This document shows positions 59,738 through 64,000 of a DNA stretch of 64,000 nt, piece by piece. The position numbers were made by a program, and so were the translations under genes. Source of the stretch: Burkholderiaceae bacterium. GTDB lineage: Bacteria; Pseudomonadota; Gammaproteobacteria; Burkholderiales; Burkholderiaceae_E. The notes under the pieces are model-generated. The model had not been told where the DNA came from. It did no database searches and saw only the letters and a program-made list of their open reading frames with translations. The DNA lies in NCBI GenBank assembly GCA_044371545.1, contig JBILTM010000001.1, positions 30,316-94,315 on the forward strand, written 5' to 3'. Position 1 is the first letter of the stretch. The number at the start of each line of letters is the position of its first letter.

Positions 59738-60730
59738 ATGGACCCGCTCCGAACACTGCGCCGGTGCGCCGTCGCGGTCGCGCTGGCGCTCGCGGCCGGC
59801 GGCGCCGCCGCGCAGGCGGGCACGCAGGCCGCGCCCGCCGCCGGCTGGAAGCCCGAACGCCCGGTCACGCTGGTCGTGCCCTACAGCCCCGGCGGCGGCA
59901 CCGACGTGATGGCGCGCCAGGTCGCCAAGGAGCTGTCGCGCCGCTGGGGCCAGGCGGTCAACGTCGAGAACACGCCCGGCGCCGACGGGCTGCTGGGCAC
60001 GCGCCGCGTGATCGAGTCGAAGCCCGACGGCTACACCTACCTCGTGCAGCTGCCCTCGCTGGTGCTGAACAAGCACCTGCCCGGCTTCAAGGGCGCGGAC
60101 CCGACGACCCAGCTGATCCCGGTGGTCGCCTACTCGGTGCTGGCCGGCGTCTACGTCGTCAACACCGCGATCCCCGGGAAGACGCTGCCCGAGGTGCTCG
60201 CGTACTGCCGCACCGCGCCGCAGCCGTGCACCTTCGGCACGACCGAGAACACCGCGCGGCTGCGGCTGCAGATGCTGCAGTCGACCGAGCTGCCGTCGAT
60301 GATCGTCGTCAACTACAAGGGCGGCGGCCAGCTGATCACCGACCTCGTCGGCAACTCGATCAACGTCGGCTCGATGGGCTACACCGCAGTGATCCCGCAC
60401 ATGGCCTCGGGCAAGCTGAAGGTGGTGATGTCCTCCGGCAGGGAGCGCTCGCCGGTGCTGCCCGACGTGCAGTCGGCGATCGAGGCGGGGTACCCGCAGC
60501 TGCTCGGCGAGACCTGGTACGGCCTCTTCGCGCCGCTCGGCACGCCCAAGCCGATCGTCGACGCGGTGTCGGCCGCGGTGCGCGAGGCGATCAAGGACGA
60601 AGCGGTGCTGAAGGCGTTCGCCACGCTCGGCGCCTCGCCGATCGGCAACACGCCCGAGCAGTTCGCGCAGCTGGTGCGCGAGGAGGCCGAGCGCCTCGAG
60701 GCGCTGGTCAGGCGCTTCCCGATCCAGTGA
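59738..60730 (+). CDS. Bug-family (TctC-like) periplasmic tripartite tricarboxylate transporter substrate-binding protein
   Basis: ATG at 59738, preceded by GGGAGGAGA. Signal peptide. PVTLVVPYSPGGGTDVMAR, ENTPGADG, WYGLFAPLGTP motifs. Confidence 0.9.
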   Translation: MDPLRTLRRCAVAVALALAAGGAAAQAGTQAAPAAGWKPERPVTLVVPYSPGGGTDVMARQVAKELSRRWGQAVNVENTPGADGLLGTRRVIESKPDGYTYLVQLPSLVLNKHLPGFKGADPTTQLIPVVAYSVLAGVYVVNTAIPGKTLPEVLAYCRTAPQPCTFGTTENTARLRLQMLQSTELPSMIVVNYKGGGQLITDLVGNSINVGSMGYTAVIPHMASGKLKVVMSSGRERSPVLPDVQSAIEAGYPQLLGETWYGLFAPLGTPKPIVDAVSAAVREAIKDEAVLKAFATLGASPIGNTPEQFAQLVREEAERLEALVRRFPIQ

Positions 60731-60743
60731 ACGGAGCACGACG

Positions 60744-61883
60744 ATGAACGCCGCGACCGCCGCCCCCGTGTCTTCCGCCCCCGTGTCACCCTCCGTCGAT
60801 CCGCGCGCCGGCCGCGACGCGTCCGCCTGGACCGTCGCCGACCTCGAGCGCGACCGGGGCTGGATCGTCCGCCTCGACGACGCCGACCGCGCCGACCTGC
60901 TGTCGGTGCTCGCCGTCGGCCGCGTCCCCGGCCGCGCGCTGCTCGACTACCGGCGCGAGGACTTCCCGTTCGGCGCGCGGGTGCTCGGCAAGCTCGCGGC
61001 GGCGGTGCGCGACGCGCAGCACGGGCGCGGCCTCGCGCTGGTCAAGGGGCTCCCACGCGAAGGCGTCGACGCGGCGTCCTTCGAGCTGCTCACCTGGGCG
61101 ATCGGGCTGCACTTCGGCGTGGCGCGCCCTCAGGACCGCTTCACCCGCTACATGAACGCGGTGAAGGACGTCGGCGTCGACTACCGCAGCCCGACCGGCC
61201 GCGGCTACTCGTCGCGCGCCGAGCTCGACTTCCACGCCGACAGCGGCGACGTCGTGATGCTGACCTGCTACAACCAGGCGCCGGTCGGCGGCGACAGCCT
61301 GGTGAGCAGCGGCGTCGCCGCGTGGCGCGCGCTCGCCGCCGAGCGTCCCGACCTCGCGCACGTGCTCGAGACCCGGCCGGTGCCGTTCAGTCGCCAGGGC
61401 GAGCAGAGCGAGGGCGAGGCGCCGTTCACGCGGATCACCGTGTTCGCGCGGACCGCGACCGACGTCTTCTGCGCGTGGAACCGCAACCGGATCGTCAACG
61501 GCATGAAGCTCGAGGGCGCGCCGCCGGTCGACGACGCGCAACGCGAAGGCGTCGAGCTGCTCGACTCGATCCTGCGCCGGCCCGCGCACCTCTTCGAGAT
61601 GCGCCTGGAGCCCGGCGACCTGCAGATCCTGTCGAACTTCACGACGCTGCACGCGCGTACGGCGTTCACCGACGACCCCGACGAGTCGCGCAAGCGCACG
61701 CTGTTCCGCCTGTGGCTCGCCACGCCCGACGGCCTCGCCCTGCCGCCCGACTGGCGCGACAAGTGGGGCGCGGTCGAGCCCGGCGTCGTCAAGGGCGGCA
61801 TGCGCGGGCACCACTACGACGAAGCCTGCCGCGCGTTCGAGGCGAGGCAGGCCGAGACCCTGGGCATGCGGCTGCCGTCCTGA
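60744..61883 (+). CDS. TauD/TfdA-family Fe(II)/2-oxoglutarate-dependent dioxygenase
   Basis: LDFHADSGD (HxD), FTTLHARTAF (distal His), RKRTLFRLW (2OG Arg), 379 aa. Confidence 0.83.
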   Translation: MNAATAAPVSSAPVSPSVDPRAGRDASAWTVADLERDRGWIVRLDDADRADLLSVLAVGRVPGRALLDYRREDFPFGARVLGKLAAAVRDAQHGRGLALVKGLPREGVDAASFELLTWAIGLHFGVARPQDRFTRYMNAVKDVGVDYRSPTGRGYSSRAELDFHADSGDVVMLTCYNQAPVGGDSLVSSGVAAWRALAAERPDLAHVLETRPVPFSRQGEQSEGEAPFTRITVFARTATDVFCAWNRNRIVNGMKLEGAPPVDDAQREGVELLDSILRRPAHLFEMRLEPGDLQILSNFTTLHARTAFTDDPDESRKRTLFRLWLATPDGLALPPDWRDKWGAVEPGVVKGGMRGHHYDEACRAFEARQAETLGMRLPS

Positions 61884-61929
61884 CGCGCCGCACCGCCCGC
61901 CCACCCGTCACACCTAAGGAAGGACCGCC

Positions 61930-62838
61930 ATGACCCCCGCTTCCCGCCTCGCCGAGATGTTCCGCAGCGGCCGCATGATCGTCGCCCCGGGCGCGATCGA
62001 CGGCATCACCGGCCGCGCGATCGAGCGCGCCGGCTTCCAGGCCGCCTACATGACCGGCGCCGGGACCTCGGCGACGCTCGGCTACCCCGACTACGGGCTG
62101 CTGACCGCGACCGAGATGATCGCGAACGCCACGCGGATCGTGAACGCGGTCTCGATCCCCCTGATCAGCGACGCCGACACCGGCTACGGCAACGAGCTCA
62201 ACGTGTTCCGCACGGTGCAGGACTTCGAGCGCGCCGGCGTCGCCGCGATCCACATCGAGGACCAGGTGTTCCCGAAGCGCTGCGGCCACCTCGACAACAA
62301 GGAGGTGACCTCGCGCGAGGACTGGATCGCGAAGATCCGCGCGGCCGCCGCGGCGCGCCGCTCGCGCGACTTCACGATCATCGCCCGCACCGACTCGCGC
62401 GCGGTGCTCGGCTTCGACGAGGCGATCGAGCGCGCGAACCTCGCGCTCGCCAACGGCGCGGACGTCGCCTTCGTCGAGGCGCCGCAGTCGCTGGAGGAGG
62501 TGGCCGCGGTGCCGAAGCGCGTGAAGGGCCGCTGCCTGCTCAACGTGGTGCGCGGCGGCAAGACCCCCGAGGTGCCGCTCGTCGAGGCCGAGGCGATGGG
62601 CTACGCGATCGCGATCCTGCCGGGCCTGCTGCTCGGCGCGGTGATCGCGGCCTGCGACGAGGCGCTCGACGCGGTCAAGACCACCGGCTGCTATCCGGCC
62701 TCGAAGACCGACAGCTCGCCGGCGAAGACCTTCGCGCGCTTCGGCTCGGCCGACTGGGACGCGCGCCGCACCGCGTTCCGCGGGCCGCTCGCGCCCGCCG
62801 CGGCGCCGGCGCCGTCCGAAGCGGTCCCCGCGAAGTGA
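61930..62838 (+). CDS. Isocitrate lyase/PEP mutase superfamily enzyme (methylisocitrate/dimethylmalate-lyase or oxaloacetate-decarboxylase-like)
   Basis: PGAIDGITGRAIERAGFQAAYMTGAG, ISDADTGYGN, IHIEDQVFPKRCGH, IIARTDS motifs. Confidence 0.88.
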   Translation: MTPASRLAEMFRSGRMIVAPGAIDGITGRAIERAGFQAAYMTGAGTSATLGYPDYGLLTATEMIANATRIVNAVSIPLISDADTGYGNELNVFRTVQDFERAGVAAIHIEDQVFPKRCGHLDNKEVTSREDWIAKIRAAAAARRSRDFTIIARTDSRAVLGFDEAIERANLALANGADVAFVEAPQSLEEVAAVPKRVKGRCLLNVVRGGKTPEVPLVEAEAMGYAIAILPGLLLGAVIAACDEALDAVKTTGCYPASKTDSSPAKTFARFGSADWDARRTAFRGPLAPAAAPAPSEAVPAK

Positions 62839-62857
62839 CGCGACGCCGGAGCCCCCG

Positions 62858-64000
62858 ATGAACGCCCCCCGGACCCTGTTCGACAAGATCTGGCAGCGGC
62901 ACGTCGTCGTCGACCGCGGCGACGGCCACCAGCTGATCTACGTCGACCGCCACCTGCTGCACGACGGCTCGTCGACCGCGTTCGAGACGCTGCGCCAGCG
63001 GGGGCTGCCGGTGCGGCGGCCCGAGCTCGCGCTGGCGACGCCCGACCACTTCACGTCGACCGCGAGCCGCGACCCGGCGGCGATCGCCGACCCGATGCAC
63101 CGCCGTCACTTCGACGCGATCCGCAGCAACGCGGCCGGCGCGGGGATCCGGCTGTTCCACGTCGAGGACGTGCGGCAGGGCATCGCGCACGTGGTGGGCC
63201 CCGAGCAGGGCTTCACGCGGCCGGGCATCACGCTGGTGTGCGGCGACTCGCACACCGCGACGCACGGCGCGGTCGGCGCGCTCGCCTTCGGCATCGGCGC
63301 CTCCGAGGTCGCGCACGTGATGGCCACGCAGTGCCTGTGGCAGAAGAAGCCCAAGGCGATGCGGGTGCGCGTCGACGGCGCGCTCGCGCCCGGCGTCACC
63401 GCGAAGGACGTGGTGCTCGCGATCATCGCGCGCATCGGCGCGGCGGGCGGCGTCGGCCACGTGATCGAGTACGCGGGCAGCACGATCCGCGCGCTGTCGA
63501 TCGAGGGGCGCCTCACGGTGTGCAACATGTCGATCGAGGCCGGCGCGCGCGCCGGCATGGTCGCGCCCGACGACGCGACCTATGCGTACCTGCACGGCCG
63601 GCCGATGTCGCCGCAGGGCGAGGCCTGGGACCGCGCGCTCGCGTTCTGGCGCACGCTGCCCTCCGACGACGGGGCCGCGTTCGACCGCGACGTGTCGATC
63701 GACGGCACCGCGATCGTGCCGATGGTGACCTGGGGCACCAGCCCCGAGGACGCGCTGCCGATCGACGGCCGCGTGCCCGACCCGGCCGACGCGCCCGACG
63801 CGGCGCGGCGCGACGCGATCCGCAGCGCGCTCGACTACATGGGCCTCGTGCCCGGCACGCCGATGGAGGCGGTCGCGGTCGACCGCGTGTTCATCGGCTC
63901 GTGCACGAACAGCCGCATCGAGGACCTGCGCGACGCGGCGCGCGTCGCACGCGGCCGGCGCGCGATCGTGCCGTCGTGGGTCGTGCCCGGCTCGGGGCTG
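62858..64000 (+). CDS. Aconitase-family dehydratase large subunit (LeuC-like), partial, continues past the right window edge
   Basis: My own translation from the ATG at 62858: MNAPRTLFDKIWQRHVV...GIAHVVGPEQGFTRPGITLVCGDSHTATHGAVGALAFGIGASEVAHVMATQ...CNMSIEAGARAG...FIGSCTNSRIEDL. Open to position 64000, so it is missing from the ORF track. Not adjacent to leuA, so probably a paralogue. Confidence 0.88.
   Translation, partial: MNAPRTLFDKIWQRHVVVDRGDGHQLIYVDRHLLHDGSSTAFETLRQRGLPVRRPELALATPDHFTSTASRDPAAIADPMHRRHFDAIRSNAAGAGIRLFHVEDVRQGIAHVVGPEQGFTRPGITLVCGDSHTATHGAVGALAFGIGASEVAHVMATQCLWQKKPKAMRVRVDGALAPGVTAKDVVLAIIARIGAAGGVGHVIEYAGSTIRALSIEGRLTVCNMSIEAGARAGMVAPDDATYAYLHGRPMSPQGEAWDRALAFWRTLPSDDGAAFDRDVSIDGTAIVPMVTWGTSPEDALPIDGRVPDPADAPDAARRDAIRSALDYMGLVPGTPMEAVAVDRVFIGSCTNSRIEDLRDAARVARGRRAIVPSWVVPGSGL

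Overview
High-GC (by eye >70% G+C) betaproteobacterial, Burkholderiales-like chromosomal segment. It is densely coding (about 55 CDS). I saw no rRNA, tRNA, CRISPR, integrase or transposase. The left ~31 kb is conserved housekeeping synteny, mostly on the minus strand: trx-like, ruvA, ruvC, purH-fis-dusB, ubiH-pepP-murU-amgK, divergent lptD-surA-rsmA, gloA-ygjP-plsC-gmhB-glyS-glyQ, lnt-corC-ybeY-ybeZ(phoH) ... miaB, and leuA. The right ~33 kb is more accessory. It holds small secreted proteins, an FAD monooxygenase with a DUF2783-like partner, a class II aldolase, an MBL hydrolase, a beta-carbonic anhydrase and an Aer-like PAS chemoreceptor. It also holds a BzdR/BoxR-type HTH-shikimate-kinase regulator divergent from an acyl-CoA synthetase and flavin reductase, an AraC-amidase pair, ppc-pfk convergent with glgP, and a fused membrane/spermidine-synthase-like protein. 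The window ends with a GntR-controlled Bug/TauD/ICL-PEPM-lyase/LeuC-like cluster that runs off the right edge. The most unusual signal is a two-gene insertion (24046..27611, minus strand) exactly between miaB and ybeZ, which are normally adjacent. It encodes a TPR + beta-barrel outer-membrane protein resembling Slam/DUF560 (type XI secretion), followed 2 nt later by a 729-aa protein. That protein has an N-terminal FecR domain, a ~300-aa disordered Ala/Gly/Ser linker with 9-bp in-frame tandem repeats, and a C-terminal TbpB-like beta-barrel. Other points worth a second look are a Leu-rich leader ORF with tandem rare CTA codons upstream of leuA, AT-rich palindromes in two divergent promoter regions, a 13-bp perfect hairpin spanning the lnt stop codon, and a recurring GATTCTAGC motif. 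All calls rest on reading the translated ORFs, motifs and synteny; no database search was possible. Many very long ORFs in the track are antisense or read-through artefacts of the high GC content, and I trimmed or rejected them.
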